DNA of 64,000 nucleotides from Cyanobacteria bacterium auto_48_18 (GCA_036170915.1 JAVHQC010000020.1:114130-178129); one strand, 5' to 3'. Counted from the stretch's first letter, positions 48,561-58,558 are shown. The notes: generated from the letters alone by a model not told the origin. Numbers and translations: made by a program.

Positions 48561-48689
48561 ATGCAAACTTTTGAGACACAGCCGGTAATTTTCATATTTA
48601 TAGTACTGGGCTTCAGCACTTTTACTTTTCTTGCCCTGGGCGCTCGCAAGGCCTTTTTTGAGCCTTATACCGGCCCTGACGAGACATAA
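48561..48689 (+). CDS. Small single-pass membrane protein (42 aa), below the ORF-track cutoff
   Basis: MQTFETQPVIFIFIVLGFSTFTFLALGARKAFFEPYTGPDET*; AGGA RBS; TATAAT at 48502-48507. Confidence 0.6.
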   Translation: MQTFETQPVIFIFIVLGFSTFTFLALGARKAFFEPYTGPDET

Positions 48690-48736
48690 AGTCCGCAAGG
48701 CCATACTAGGGTTGTAGGCACTAGAGTTTTCAGTGC

Positions 48737-49198
48737 TTAGTTTGACTTGGCGTTTGCTTTGACGATTTCCACAGAACAGGGTGCTTCAGTCAGTACAGCC
48801 TGCGAAACGCTGCCCAGCAAGAGCTTTTCGATGCCTTGCCTGCCGTGGGAGCCCATCACTATCATATCTGCGTGCCACTCCCGGGCGCATTCGACGATTC
48901 TTTCTTTGACGTTTCCTTCTAAAACCTCGCTGGTGACAGCGTCTGGTGCAGAGTCGCCAATTTTGCCAAGCAAACCCGCAGTCTCTTCCACCAGTGCCCT
49001 GGCTTCATTCATACGCTCTTGCTGGGCTTCCAGCGCCAGTGGAACATAACCTGAGTGCCAGCCAGCTAGCTCAGGGTGAAATGGTTCTAATACGGTTAAC
49101 ACTTTGAAAAATGTGTCGGCGGGCCAGACGCGATTGGCAATCGAATCGATTGCTAATTTGGAGCAAGGAGAGCCGTCCACCGCCAGCAATACTTTCAT
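48737..49198 (-). CDS. Universal stress protein (Usp)
   Basis: MKVLLAVDGS, ADMIVMGSHGR, LLGSVS, APCSV; ATGA overlap with the upstream stop. Confidence 0.93.
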   Translation of the reverse strand: MKVLLAVDGSPCSKLAIDSIANRVWPADTFFKVLTVLEPFHPELAGWHSGYVPLALEAQQERMNEARALVEETAGLLGKIGDSAPDAVTSEVLEGNVKERIVECAREWHADMIVMGSHGRQGIEKLLLGSVSQAVLTEAPCSVEIVKANAKSN

Positions 49199-49932
49199 CG
49201 TTCGCCCCTGAGCCTCAAGCGGAGATCGCAAATAAGTCCACCTAAACCAATCATAGCAACCAAAATGATTACGCGATTACCTATTCGTGGAAAGCGCCAG
49301 AACTCAGGTACGGTGGAAATAAGAGTCAGCAGTGCGACGATTAAAAGCAGGCAGAAAGCGTAGGCCAAACTATAGCGTATACGTTTTAGTTTTGGCACCG
49401 ACGCAGCCACGTCTGGCCAGTCAGCGCCAACACCGAAATTGAAACGCTGATGCAAGATGGAAGCAAAGAGATTCGCGCCCAGGGCTAGACCAACGACAAA
49501 GCCACCCTGCACTAGCCCAATGCAGAGAAGGGCAAAAGGCTCAAAACCATCTGTGCGAAAGCCTACACGAGCAGCGCCAAGCAATACAGTCGAATATAGA
49601 AGGGCGAAAGCAACACTGACAAAAAACTTTTGGCGCATACGCAACAGGCAACTTGCCACCACTTCTGGAGTCATTAATTTGGCCAGTGAGGCAGTGAGCA
49701 AAAGCAATACAAAAAACTTGCCTGCAGGCCATTTGCGATTAGTGATTTCGCGCACAAAAAGAAATGGTCGCCGCAAAGCAGGATCAAGCACCACCGGGCC
49801 TAAATTAGGCTCGGGCTGTGTCCAGCGCATCTGAGGCTGACTCGTATCAAAGGGCAGCTGCGCCACCACTGGAAGCGTTGAAAAGATACTCAATATTATC
49901 AGTGCGGCTAGCGAACTGAATAGATGCCTCAT
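49195..49932 (-). CDS. Hypothetical membrane protein with signal peptide
   Basis: Hydrophobic 245-aa ORF translationally coupled to both neighbours. Confidence 0.75.
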   Translation of the reverse strand: MRHLFSSLAALIILSIFSTLPVVAQLPFDTSQPQMRWTQPEPNLGPVVLDPALRRPFLFVREITNRKWPAGKFFVLLLLTASLAKLMTPEVVASCLLRMRQKFFVSVAFALLYSTVLLGAARVGFRTDGFEPFALLCIGLVQGGFVVGLALGANLFASILHQRFNFGVGADWPDVAASVPKLKRIRYSLAYAFCLLLIVALLTLISTVPEFWRFPRIGNRVIILVAMIGLGGLICDLRLRLRGER

Positions 49933-50423
49933 GCTGATACCACTTCTTCTTTGTCGGCGTTCTCAATAATTGGTTTCAGGGCTAACAAAAGTAAAAGCGA
50001 AATCAGCCACGAGGTAATGTTGCAAAAAGAGTCGTCTAGACTGCTGCCATAGGCAGACATGGCACCAAAGGCAATGAAAGAGCCTACTAAAAGCCAGATG
50101 TCATATTTAGCCTCTGAGCCATAAGTTTTTGCAGACGCGGCCACTGCCTGTGGTGCGCTTTCACCGGCGATAATAGATTGCATAATGCTATTCGTCAGAG
50201 CGTCAGACCGCGGCACTTCCAGCACTGGCAGTGTAGATGCCGCTTCAAAGAACATCAAATTTGTCGAGTGATAATCGCGGCAATTTTGACAGTGGGAAAG
50301 GTGAGCCTGGCAGTCGGCAGGCAATGAGAGGTTAGCTGCATCCTGACCAGAGAGTGAAGTGTCCACAATTTGATCAAAAAGCGCGTCGAGATCTTCTTTG
50401 ATTTTATTACAGACCATTGACAT
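49929..50423 (-). CDS. Probable zinc-binding anti-sigma factor (ZAS/zf-HC2)
   Basis: HLSHCQNC (HxxxCxxC), two C-terminal TM segments, directly after an ECF sigma. Confidence 0.82.
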   Translation of the reverse strand: MSMVCNKIKEDLDALFDQIVDTSLSGQDAANLSLPADCQAHLSHCQNCRDYHSTNLMFFEAASTLPVLEVPRSDALTNSIMQSIIAGESAPQAVAASAKTYGSEAKYDIWLLVGSFIAFGAMSAYGSSLDDSFCNITSWLISLLLLLALKPIIENADKEEVVSA

Positions 50424-51015
50424 TGTCGGCTTTCCCCGTATTTAGAATTAGTTTGCGCAGGCGTTCTTTGGCTCTGAATAATAAGGTGCGCACAGTGTTC
50501 TCGTTTTCTTGCATAGCTTTGCTGATTTCATCGTAACTAAATTCATATTGATAGCGCAATATAAATGCTTGCCTGTATCTCAAGGGCAAAAGTGCAAGGG
50601 CCTGGCTCAGTTTTTCTACGAACAAAATTCTCTCGACATCGCTAGTGGTATCATTGGGTGAAAGTGGTTCCAGATGCGGTTCTTCACTCATGATTTGCTC
50701 GAAAGAAACTGTGCTTTTCGCGCGGCGTAAATGATCGAGAGCGCTGTTGGTGGCAATTTTTACCAGCCAGGGCCGCACCGTTTTATATTGCTTTTGATCA
50801 AATTGCTTCAGGCCGCGAAATGCTTTGAGAAAAGCATCTTGTGTGAGATCCCGGGCCACTTCCGGCTCCGCCACCATGCGCACCAAAATATTGTAAATCA
50901 GACTTTGGTGGCGCACCACCAGTCGTTCAAATGCATGACGATTTCCTGCCAGTGTTTCTTTCACTGCCGCGAAATCGTCAATGTCATCGGCGCCGGTGCG
51001 GCCCTGCCAGTGCAT
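50407..51015 (-). CDS. ECF RNA polymerase sigma factor
   Basis: AFERLV..HQ, ARDLTQDAFLKAF, WLVKIATN...D, SYDEIS..M...ENTVRTLLFRAK. Confidence 0.93.
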   Translation of the reverse strand: MHWQGRTGADDIDDFAAVKETLAGNRHAFERLVVRHQSLIYNILVRMVAEPEVARDLTQDAFLKAFRGLKQFDQKQYKTVRPWLVKIATNSALDHLRRAKSTVSFEQIMSEEPHLEPLSPNDTTSDVERILFVEKLSQALALLPLRYRQAFILRYQYEFSYDEISKAMQENENTVRTLLFRAKERLRKLILNTGKADNVNGL

Positions 51016-51017
51016 GA

Positions 51018-51569
51018 TTAGCTAGCTATTCCTGATTTGATTAGCTTTGTCAGTCTTGGGCGATGCTGAGCCAGTTTTTTCATTTTTTCCTTTTGTTCCG
51101 CTGTGAGCATCGAGCGAATTTTCAAGAAAGTTTCCAACCGATCGTCCATTAACGCTTCGTGTGCGACCCTGAGGCTCTGCGCTTTTTCACGCAAAGTTTT
51201 GTCAGACTCGGGCGAGTTGCTGAGGCTGGCGGCCGATTGCATGAAATCTTTGAGACTGGCTTTCAGTGCAGCTCTCTTGTCGCTGTTGGCTGCTCGTTTT
51301 TTTGTTATTAGCTCTGTGATTTCTTTTTTCTGCTCAGACGTGGCATCAATGCGCGCACAAAAACGTTTGATTATATGTTTGACAATTGCTTCTTGAAATT
51401 CCGGATCCGCTTGTTCCAGTGCCTCGGTAGCATCGGCGCCGTCTTCGGCTAAGGCACCAAGTGACGCACAGGCAGTCACCGACAATGCCGCCGCTAAAGC
51501 AATTTTGTGCCACAGTGTAATTTTCATTTTCACTTCCATCTCCCTCAATAGTGTTACGTTGGTCTCCAC
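51018..51569 (-). CDS. Spy/CpxP-like periplasmic helical protein (true start may be 51527)
   Basis: Signal peptide; ATSEQK and LTAEQK (LTxxQ) motifs. Confidence 0.75.
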   Translation of the reverse strand: METNVTLLREMEVKMKITLWHKIALAAALSVTACASLGALAEDGADATEALEQADPEFQEAIVKHIIKRFCARIDATSEQKKEITELITKKRAANSDKRAALKASLKDFMQSAASLSNSPESDKTLREKAQSLRVAHEALMDDRLETFLKIRSMLTAEQKEKMKKLAQHRPRLTKLIKSGIAS

Positions 51570-51609
51570 TATTCATTACGGAAGCGGCGTGAAAAAGTTT
51601 CAGCGGGGC

Positions 51610-52761
51610 TCAAACAAGTTTTGCCAGCTCCGAAATAGGTACGGCTGCCTCATATTCCACCTGCCCCAGCTTGGTGGTGGGCAGAACTAGCTTAATGTTA
51701 TCGCCATAGCGTTTCTTGTCGGTGGTCATTAGTTGAACCAATTTGTCTTTGGTCAGACCCTTGGGAATTTCGTGAGGCAGCTCAGCTCTAATCAAAATTT
51801 CTTTAACGCGCTCTAGAGAATCTTTGCCGATCTTCTTCTGTGCCACGGCATATTTAGTAGTCTGCGCCATGCCGATTGCTATTGCTTCACCATGATTGAG
51901 AGCTTGAATGGTGTCACTTGTGGCGGTCTCGAGTGCATGGCCTAATGTATGGCCCAAATTAAGAATACGCCTGATGGCATTTTCTTGCGGGTCGCGAGCG
52001 ACAATGAAAAGCTTCATTTTGATGCAGCTCGTAATCAGCCCTGACAGCACCGGATCGTCATACTCCACCACATTGCGCAGCATGTCTTCCACAATATCTA
52101 TTAAAGCCCGTGGACCTTTTTCATAGTCAGAAGCTTTAGCAGCAGTGTCTTCGATTAAAGCGTATTTTAAAATCTCAGCCAGGCCGGCGGTGAGCTGACG
52201 GCGCGGCAAACTTTCAAGCACTTCTTGATCGGCCAGCACTGCTTTGGGAAAGAAGAAAGTACCAGCTAGATTTTTGCCAGAAGGCAAATTGATGGCGTTT
52301 TTACCACCAATGGCAGCGTCAACTTGTGCCAGCAGTGAAGTCGGAACCAGCACCAGATTCAAACCGCGCATATATGTAGAACAAGCAAAGCCTGCCAGAT
52401 CTGAAAGTGCACCACCACCCAAAGCGACGATGGTGTCTTGACGGTCGAAACCGCGTGCTTCTAAGTGCTCCCAGATGCGCAAAAGCCATTCGCTGGTTTT
52501 GCAATTTTCTCCATCAGGTACTTCTAAAGTTGTAACTTGAAAATCTTCTGACGGCAACGTGTCGAGCACGTCTCTCAGCCAGTGCACTGCGGTGGACGGC
52601 TGACAGAGCAAAAGCACTCGGCGACCAGCACCAATTTGAGCCAGTATGGCCGACAACTTGTGCCTTGCACCTGCACCGACCGCCACTCTCGTCTTGACCT
52701 CGAGAGTAGTGTTCCAGTTCATTGTGATTACTGGTCCACGATGCTTAGACTTATGGCGCAT
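51610..52761 (-). CDS. aroB: 3-dehydroquinate synthase
   Basis: PDGE, ALGGGALSDLAGF, PTSLLAQVDAAIGGK, LNLGHTLGHALE, HGEAIAIG. ATG 52761 overlaps the aroC end. Confidence 0.96.
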   Translation of the reverse strand: MRHKSKHRGPVITMNWNTTLEVKTRVAVGAGARHKLSAILAQIGAGRRVLLLCQPSTAVHWLRDVLDTLPSEDFQVTTLEVPDGENCKTSEWLLRIWEHLEARGFDRQDTIVALGGGALSDLAGFACSTYMRGLNLVLVPTSLLAQVDAAIGGKNAINLPSGKNLAGTFFFPKAVLADQEVLESLPRRQLTAGLAEILKYALIEDTAAKASDYEKGPRALIDIVEDMLRNVVEYDDPVLSGLITSCIKMKLFIVARDPQENAIRRILNLGHTLGHALETATSDTIQALNHGEAIAIGMAQTTKYAVAQKKIGKDSLERVKEILIRAELPHEIPKGLTKDKLVQLMTTDKKRYGDNIKLVLPTTKLGQVEYEAAVPISELAKLV

Positions 52762-53986
52762 CTGCTCTTTCCTTATGATTGAGATTTTGACAATAGGATC
52801 GGTAGTCTTTAATTGAGGCTGAAAGCTCGCGCATGCTGTCGGAGGCAAACTTGTCAACAATAGAATTAGCCAGGGTCAAGCATACCATTGCCTTAGCCAC
52901 AACTGAAGCGGCAGGCACAGCGCAGACATCAGAGCGTTCGTAGTGTGCCTGACAGGCCGCGAATTCTGGGAAGGTGACCGAGGGCAAACCGGCTTTTAGG
53001 GTGGGAATAGGTTTCATATATGCTCTGACTATCAGACGCTCACCGTTGGTCATGCCCCCTTCCACTCCGCCGGCATGATTGGTTCGCCTTGATACCGGTA
53101 GCAAAGAATCTGTGGAATTTTCCATGGCAAACATGGCGTCGTGCACCTGACTGCCAGGCCTTTGAGAGCCGGCAAAACCATCACCAATTTCCATGGCTTT
53201 CATGGCCTGAATGCTCATCAGAGCTTGGGCCAGCTGGCCGTCCAGGCGGCGGTCCCACTGGCTGTAACTGCCTAAACCCACGGGCAGATTGTCCGCCAGA
53301 ACCTCAACGCTTCCGCCCAGGCTGTCACCTGCGGTGAGCGCTTGTTTAATGGCCGCTTTCATGCGGTCAGAGCTCTCTGCGTCGATGCAGAATACTTCGG
53401 AACTTCTAGACCGCTCGGTAACTTGCTCAATGCTCAGGCCGTCGGCTGCGGCCGGTGAGACCACGTCGGCAATAGCAATAACATGACTGGCCACTTCAAT
53501 GCCAAGTGCCCGCAAAAGCAGCATGGCAAAACCGCCTGCAGCCACCCTGGCAGCCGTTTCTCTGGCGCTTGAACGCTCTAGTACGTCGCGCACATCACTC
53601 TGGGCATACTTTAATGTGCCGGCATAATCGGCATGGCCAGGGCGAAATCGCTCGATTTTTTTAGCCGCCATTTGTGCCAGCGCTTCGTCGCTTAATTCGG
53701 GTTCTACCGTAGACATAACGTGTGTCCAGTTTGCCGCATCTTTATTATGAATAAGCAAACTGATAGGCGCACCGGTAGTGATACCATGGCGCACGCCGCC
53801 TACAATTTCAATCTGATCTGATTCAATTCTTTGCCTGCCGCTTCTGCCATAGCCACTCTGCCTGGCAGCAAGCTCAGAGTTTATGGCTGCCTGATCAATG
53901 TTTAAACCCGCCGGAAAACCCTCAAGAATCGACATTATTGCTTTGCCGTGGGATTCGCCGCCGGTTATTAAGCGCAGAGCTGGCAT
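52751..53986 (-). CDS. aroC: Chorismate synthase
   Basis: TGGESHG, RPGHAD, ERSSARETAARVAAG, GGVEGGMTNG, KPIPT, ERSD. ATG 53986 preferred. Confidence 0.97.
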   Translation of the reverse strand: MPALRLITGGESHGKAIMSILEGFPAGLNIDQAAINSELAARQSGYGRSGRQRIESDQIEIVGGVRHGITTGAPISLLIHNKDAANWTHVMSTVEPELSDEALAQMAAKKIERFRPGHADYAGTLKYAQSDVRDVLERSSARETAARVAAGGFAMLLLRALGIEVASHVIAIADVVSPAAADGLSIEQVTERSRSSEVFCIDAESSDRMKAAIKQALTAGDSLGGSVEVLADNLPVGLGSYSQWDRRLDGQLAQALMSIQAMKAMEIGDGFAGSQRPGSQVHDAMFAMENSTDSLLPVSRRTNHAGGVEGGMTNGERLIVRAYMKPIPTLKAGLPSVTFPEFAACQAHYERSDVCAVPAASVVAKAMVCLTLANSIVDKFASDSMRELSASIKDYRSYCQNLNHKERADAP

Positions 53987-54058
53987 GAAAGTAACACCTG
54001 TTATTGCAATTGGTGCGATACTAACATTTTGACAGACCACTTTTAATAGGCTTCCCAC

Positions 54059-55390
54059 GTGTCGGCAAAACTGTATTTAAGCGGTAACTTAGAGCTTCCG
54101 GGCGACAAATCAATAACCCATCGGGCTCTGATACTCTCGTGCTTTATCAAGGGCGAAATGCTCGTCGAGGGCGCTTTGCTCTCGCAAGATATTCTTTCAA
54201 CCATCAGGGCAGTGCGTGCTCTGGGCCTGAAGATTAAGATATCAGGAGCTGGCCCCTCCAAGCATACAAATCTTTTGATACGCGGCGGCGGCATCGAAAC
54301 CATAGCTCTTGGCAAAAAGCCTTTTGCCATTGACGCCGGCAATTCGGGCACGACCATGCGAATCTTGTCAGGCATGCTTGCTGGAAGGCCAGGAGTATTT
54401 AGTTTTGACGGCGATGCATCTTTGAGACAGCGCGACATGGCACGCGTGCTTGAACCAGTCGTTTCTATGGGGGCACAGGTCAGCTATCAAGGAACAGCCG
54501 GGAAGGCACCTTTTACGGTCACCGGTGGCCCTTTGACCGGCGGGGAATTTGACCTTGATGTCAATTCGGCTCAGGTCTCGACCGCTTTGATTCTGGCTGG
54601 GCTCTCTGCCCAGGGCAAAACCTCGGTGAGCACTAAAGCTAAAATTCGCGACCATACAACGCGCATGATGTCGCATTTGCGCTTGCCCTTTGAAAGTGAA
54701 AATGATGGCCTCAAAATCACTGTGGAGCCTCTGCAAGGAGACTTGCGCGCACGCGATTTGCAGGTACCTGCTGATCTTTCCGCTGCTGCATTCTTTATGG
54801 TCGCCACCCTTCTTATGGAAGGTTCAGAAATTGAACTGAGCGATGTTGGTGTCAATCCTGGACGCAACCTAATTATTGAAGTGCTCAAGGCAATGGGCGC
54901 GAATATAGAAATTACCAAAGAACGCAACTATGGTTTAGAGCCGGTTGTGGATATGAAAGTTACGTATTCGCCATCACTTGTTGCCACCACAATTGAAGCT
55001 GATCAAATTCCGCGCGGAATCGATGAGCTGCCCATATTGGCTCTGGCAATGGCTTTTGCTAAGGGCGACTCTACCGTTCATGGTGCTTCTGAGTTGGCTG
55101 AGAAAGAATCAGACCGTTTGAGTTTGATCATTCAGAATTTAAAATTGCTTGGTGTGGAAGTCACAAGAAACGGCAGCTCATATACAGTGCACGGAATTGG
55201 TGGTATCAAATCTGGTACCGCACCGAAGACTGGTGTCTGGGCAACTGACGGAGATCATCGTCTAGCGATGATGGGTCAGGTGGCTAAACTGGTTACCCAA
55301 AGCGAGTTTGAAGTTGAGAATCCGGACTGCGTGGATGCTTCTTATCCTGGTTTTATGATCGATCTGCGTGAGTTGACCTGCGAAGATTAG
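54059..55390 (+). CDS. aroA: EPSP synthase
   Basis: PGDKSITHRA, GNSGTTMR, SAQV, RDHT, IDELP, KESDR, DHRLAM. Confidence 0.96.
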   Translation: MSAKLYLSGNLELPGDKSITHRALILSCFIKGEMLVEGALLSQDILSTIRAVRALGLKIKISGAGPSKHTNLLIRGGGIETIALGKKPFAIDAGNSGTTMRILSGMLAGRPGVFSFDGDASLRQRDMARVLEPVVSMGAQVSYQGTAGKAPFTVTGGPLTGGEFDLDVNSAQVSTALILAGLSAQGKTSVSTKAKIRDHTTRMMSHLRLPFESENDGLKITVEPLQGDLRARDLQVPADLSAAAFFMVATLLMEGSEIELSDVGVNPGRNLIIEVLKAMGANIEITKERNYGLEPVVDMKVTYSPSLVATTIEADQIPRGIDELPILALAMAFAKGDSTVHGASELAEKESDRLSLIIQNLKLLGVEVTRNGSSYTVHGIGGIKSGTAPKTGVWATDGDHRLAMMGQVAKLVTQSEFEVENPDCVDASYPGFMIDLRELTCED

Positions 55391-55420
55391 TTGCAGAGCC
55401 TTAAAGGGTACGCCACGTAT

Positions 55421-55684
55421 TTAAAACATGCCGTAAACGATTACCAACAAAAAGATATCGATATTCAAAAAAAGCAGAGCCCATATGAATGTCGGCCGCG
55501 TAAAAATGGACCATTTGAGCCCCAAGTTCTTGGCCATAATTAGAAAACAGTTGATTGATAAAAGCAGTATGTTAATCGTCGGTACTTCCCAGAGTGCTAT
55601 GTCGTAGGTGCTGCACTGCCAGGTACAAACGGCGAAGGCAAGGGTCAAAAGGAAATACATGCTCGCATTGAAATCATTGCGCAT
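55421..55684 (-). CDS. Small hypothetical membrane protein (about 3 TM)
   Basis: 87-aa hydrophobic ORF, co-oriented with the upstream 146-aa ORF. Confidence 0.5.
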   Translation of the reverse strand: MRNDFNASMYFLLTLAFAVCTWQCSTYDIALWEVPTINILLLSINCFLIMAKNLGLKWSIFTRPTFIWALLFLNIDIFLLVIVYGMF

Positions 55685-55707
55685 TAGAGACGCTCAAACT
55701 TGGCAAG

Positions 55708-56148
55708 TTATTTTTGCTCACTGGATTTCTCTGCGGTGCCTTCATTTGCCAGCTTAAGTAGTTCGTTTAATTTCTCTTGGTAGTTTGGACCGAGGGTTTC
55801 CTTTGATACCTTTATAACTGCCAAAATATCGCGTAACGAGCCTATTTCTCTCACAGCAAGACGAATGCAATAGTCTGCCGGGTGCTTCATTTTTAAGCGA
55901 GGCTCGCGAAGACGCTTGAGAAAATTGCTTCCTATCCACTCCCTTAATCGTGAAAATTGTGGTTGAGATTTTTGAATTGTTATTGTGTCCTGATGATTAC
56001 GTCCATCACAAGGGTAGATCTCTATATAATTTGCCCTGTAAATTATGCCTGGTTCAAAACAAATGTCGTCGTACTCATCGGCATAAGCGCGAGGTACAGA
56101 CATCATTACGGCAATTAGTATAGGCAAATATTTAACCGATTTATTCAC
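55708..56148 (-). CDS. Hypothetical secreted protein
   Basis: Signal-peptide-like MNKSVKYLPILIAVMMSVPRAYA; GGAG/AAGAAG purine tract upstream. Confidence 0.65.
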   Translation of the reverse strand: MNKSVKYLPILIAVMMSVPRAYADEYDDICFEPGIIYRANYIEIYPCDGRNHQDTITIQKSQPQFSRLREWIGSNFLKRLREPRLKMKHPADYCIRLAVREIGSLRDILAVIKVSKETLGPNYQEKLNELLKLANEGTAEKSSEQK

Positions 56149-56375
56149 TTACTTCTTTCTCCAATTTCCTGAGACAAACCGCTCTGCTAAAACGCAAAAT
56201 CAAGATTCTCTGGCATATGTAATCCATCAGTAGTTGGTGTCTTTGTAGTAACTATACTTACCTATTGCCCAGAAAGAACGCACAGGAAACCGACTGGGCA
56301 TCCGTTAGCAAGTATCCGTCTCTTGCAGTAATCAATGTACTGAAGAGATAAAATGTCTTTAGGCAAATTCCGCCC

Positions 56376-57077
56376 TTGAGGATTTTTGTGCAGAACGACG
56401 AGCTGATATTGCTATTGAGCACCGATTGTTTTTTTCGGTACTGGTCCACACTTGGTTTCAATCTCGCAGAAGCGTCCAAAAGGAAGTTGCAGAAGAAATG
56501 CAGAACAATAGTGAAGCAAATTATGTCAGGGGTATGCGAGCCGAATTATTATCTCACTGCATTTTCGAAAGAACGACTGGAGGAAACGGATCGTTTGTTT
56601 GAGAAGGCTGTATCAGAATGTTCAGCGAGCGAGTCAAGCCTTATATTTGCTCGAATGGCCAAAAGACGAGGCCGTAAAAATGAGGATTTCGCTTTTTTAT
56701 GGACCTTAACAGTGGGAACAGCTTTAGGGCAGTTTGAAGAGGGCGGACTCCTTTTGTCCGAACAAATAAATTCTGTATTGATTCGCAGTTACGAAGACTT
56801 TGGTGATTTTGAAAATAACTTTGCAAGCGAGCTTTCAAATTCGACTACAGACTGGGATCTCTATATTAAAGCTCTGACTCCTAATTCGCCATTAAACTTG
56901 GCAGCATATGTTGCCCAAGCGTGGCAACCGCAGACGCAATTTGATCAATTTTGGTTGCGCGTGTGCTCGGAATTAACAGCAGATCAAGTTTTGGAACTTG
57001 AAATTTACTTTACCGACCTAGCATTTAGTCTGACGGGTCAACGCCTCGATCTATCTTCTTTAGGCCAATCTTCCTAG
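56376..57077 (+). CDS. Hypothetical protein
   Basis: 233-aa ORF; 3' end overlaps the convergent HTTM gene by 53 bp; start uncertain. Confidence 0.6.
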   Translation: MRIFVQNDELILLLSTDCFFRYWSTLGFNLAEASKRKLQKKCRTIVKQIMSGVCEPNYYLTAFSKERLEETDRLFEKAVSECSASESSLIFARMAKRRGRKNEDFAFLWTLTVGTALGQFEEGGLLLSEQINSVLIRSYEDFGDFENNFASELSNSTTDWDLYIKALTPNSPLNLAAYVAQAWQPQTQFDQFWLRVCSELTADQVLELEIYFTDLAFSLTGQRLDLSSLGQSS

Positions 57078-57972
57078 CGACTTGATTTACAACCCAATTC
57101 AAATCTTCCGGCCTGACAAACGTAACCAGCGTAAAAATAAAAGCCCATTCAAAAACCGGCAAATTGATCATATAGTCAATGCCTAGATGCAGGCAGAGCA
57201 AGCCAATCAGCACGAAATAGCAGCTTTCCTTGAACCAGATTGCAGTCCAGCCGGCAAACTCAATTATTAGAGTAAACCAGTTCAATGCTTTTAACAGGTA
57301 GATGTTATTGGTAATCAGTGGTGCTGGAAATCTGAACATATCATCCAGTCTGGTGGCATAGTAAATGGCCGAGCCATCAAGCCATTGGGTGCCGACAATT
57401 TTGCAGCAAAAAGTTTGCCAGTAGACAATGGCCAGCTGTACTTGAATCATTCTCTGTGCCCATGGCGCACTGGGTCCTGGCTCTGGCTGCCCTCTTTTTC
57501 GTCTAATTACAGCGTCCAGCGAAAATTTATCGCCGCAGTGAGAAAGTGCGAGCCATGGTCCTACGGCGCGTAAAAAAGCGTCACCTCCATTTATATTGAA
57601 CGGGTCATGATGATGCATTGAGAGCAGAGCTAGCCAGACAAAGAGTGCGCTGAAGCGCGAGCAGAAGCCCACAGTGAGTGCCACACTAGCCACAATGAAA
57701 AGTATGTGGAATATGGCAAAAGCGTTTTCAGTCTGGGGCAGCAAAAGCAACATATCAAATCTGGGTTCATTTAACCAGAAATGTTTAATCACCGTTGGTA
57801 GTGTCACTACACTATTTGGTCCGTACCACTGACCGAAATTTTCGCCTAGATGCACTAAGCCAATTTGCAGAATGAGTATGCCATATAGAATGCGGTAGAT
57901 GGCAACAGGCGACGGGTCTTGCGGGTCAAACCAGAATCTTCGCCAGACCTGAATTAGTGCGGCAAAAGTCAT
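57025..57972 (-). CDS. HTTM-domain membrane protein (SdpB / vitamin K-dependent carboxylase-like)
   Basis: AIYRILYG, NGGDAFLR, FSLDA, QVQLAIVY....CK..G..WLDGSA, IEF, HLGI. Confidence 0.85.
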   Translation of the reverse strand: MTFAALIQVWRRFWFDPQDPSPVAIYRILYGILILQIGLVHLGENFGQWYGPNSVVTLPTVIKHFWLNEPRFDMLLLLPQTENAFAIFHILFIVASVALTVGFCSRFSALFVWLALLSMHHHDPFNINGGDAFLRAVGPWLALSHCGDKFSLDAVIRRKRGQPEPGPSAPWAQRMIQVQLAIVYWQTFCCKIVGTQWLDGSAIYYATRLDDMFRFPAPLITNNIYLLKALNWFTLIIEFAGWTAIWFKESCYFVLIGLLCLHLGIDYMINLPVFEWAFIFTLVTFVRPEDLNWVVNQVARKIGLKKIDRGVDPSD

Positions 57973-58556
57973 GGTGCACCACTTTTAAAATCTTCAGGTT
58001 TATAACGATAGAAAAACACTGTATTCATTTTTGTATGCGCAGGCATTTCAGTCAGAGGTACCAGCGGTTGAGATTTGTTCAGATCTAAAACCGGAATTTC
58101 TATGTAGTAAAGATTGAGCGAGAGCGACCGGGGTTTATTGTCGCTACAGTTATATTTGCGACCCAAGTAGCGAGCAAAATCAGGCCAGAACTCTTTGTAG
58201 TCTGGCCAGGGTAGCGAGTCGACAGACCATTTGCGAAATTTTTCCAGCCTGAAGCGATCAGCGTGGTTCATTCTATTCATGCGCGGCAACTCTACGATCA
58301 ACCGGTTGCCGTCATCAAAGGTCAAAATTGCTTCAGTATGAAAATTGATCTTTCTTATTTCAGGCGAAAATAATTTCCAATTTTGATCAAGCCCCCAAAA
58401 AAGATAGAATTGCTTGACTGGCTCGATTGTGGCGCTTCGCAAGGGAGATTCGGGAGCAAGCCAACTGATTGTATAGAATAAGAAGACAACGAAAATAAGC
58501 GAAAGGCCGCTCTCTTTAGCTTCCGGCTTTTTGAAAAATTCAAGCAGTGAGGCCAT
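57969..58556 (-). CDS. SdpA/DUF5819-like partner of the HTTM protein
   Basis: N-terminal TM, GLDQNWKLFSPE motif, ATGA-coupled to the HTTM gene. Confidence 0.65.
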   Translation of the reverse strand: MASLLEFFKKPEAKESGLSLIFVVFLFYTISWLAPESPLRSATIEPVKQFYLFWGLDQNWKLFSPEIRKINFHTEAILTFDDGNRLIVELPRMNRMNHADRFRLEKFRKWSVDSLPWPDYKEFWPDFARYLGRKYNCSDNKPRSLSLNLYYIEIPVLDLNKSQPLVPLTEMPAHTKMNTVFFYRYKPEDFKSGAP

Positions 58557-58558
58557 TC

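Noticed and set aside
48561..48689. Microprotein as a photosystem or cytochrome b6f small subunit (PsbN/PetG-like)
   Set aside because: Only size and topology agree; the diagnostic residues I recall are absent.
48501..48704. 67-aa minus-strand ORF in the track
   Set aside because: The plus-strand 42-aa ORF has the better RBS and a coherent TM segment.
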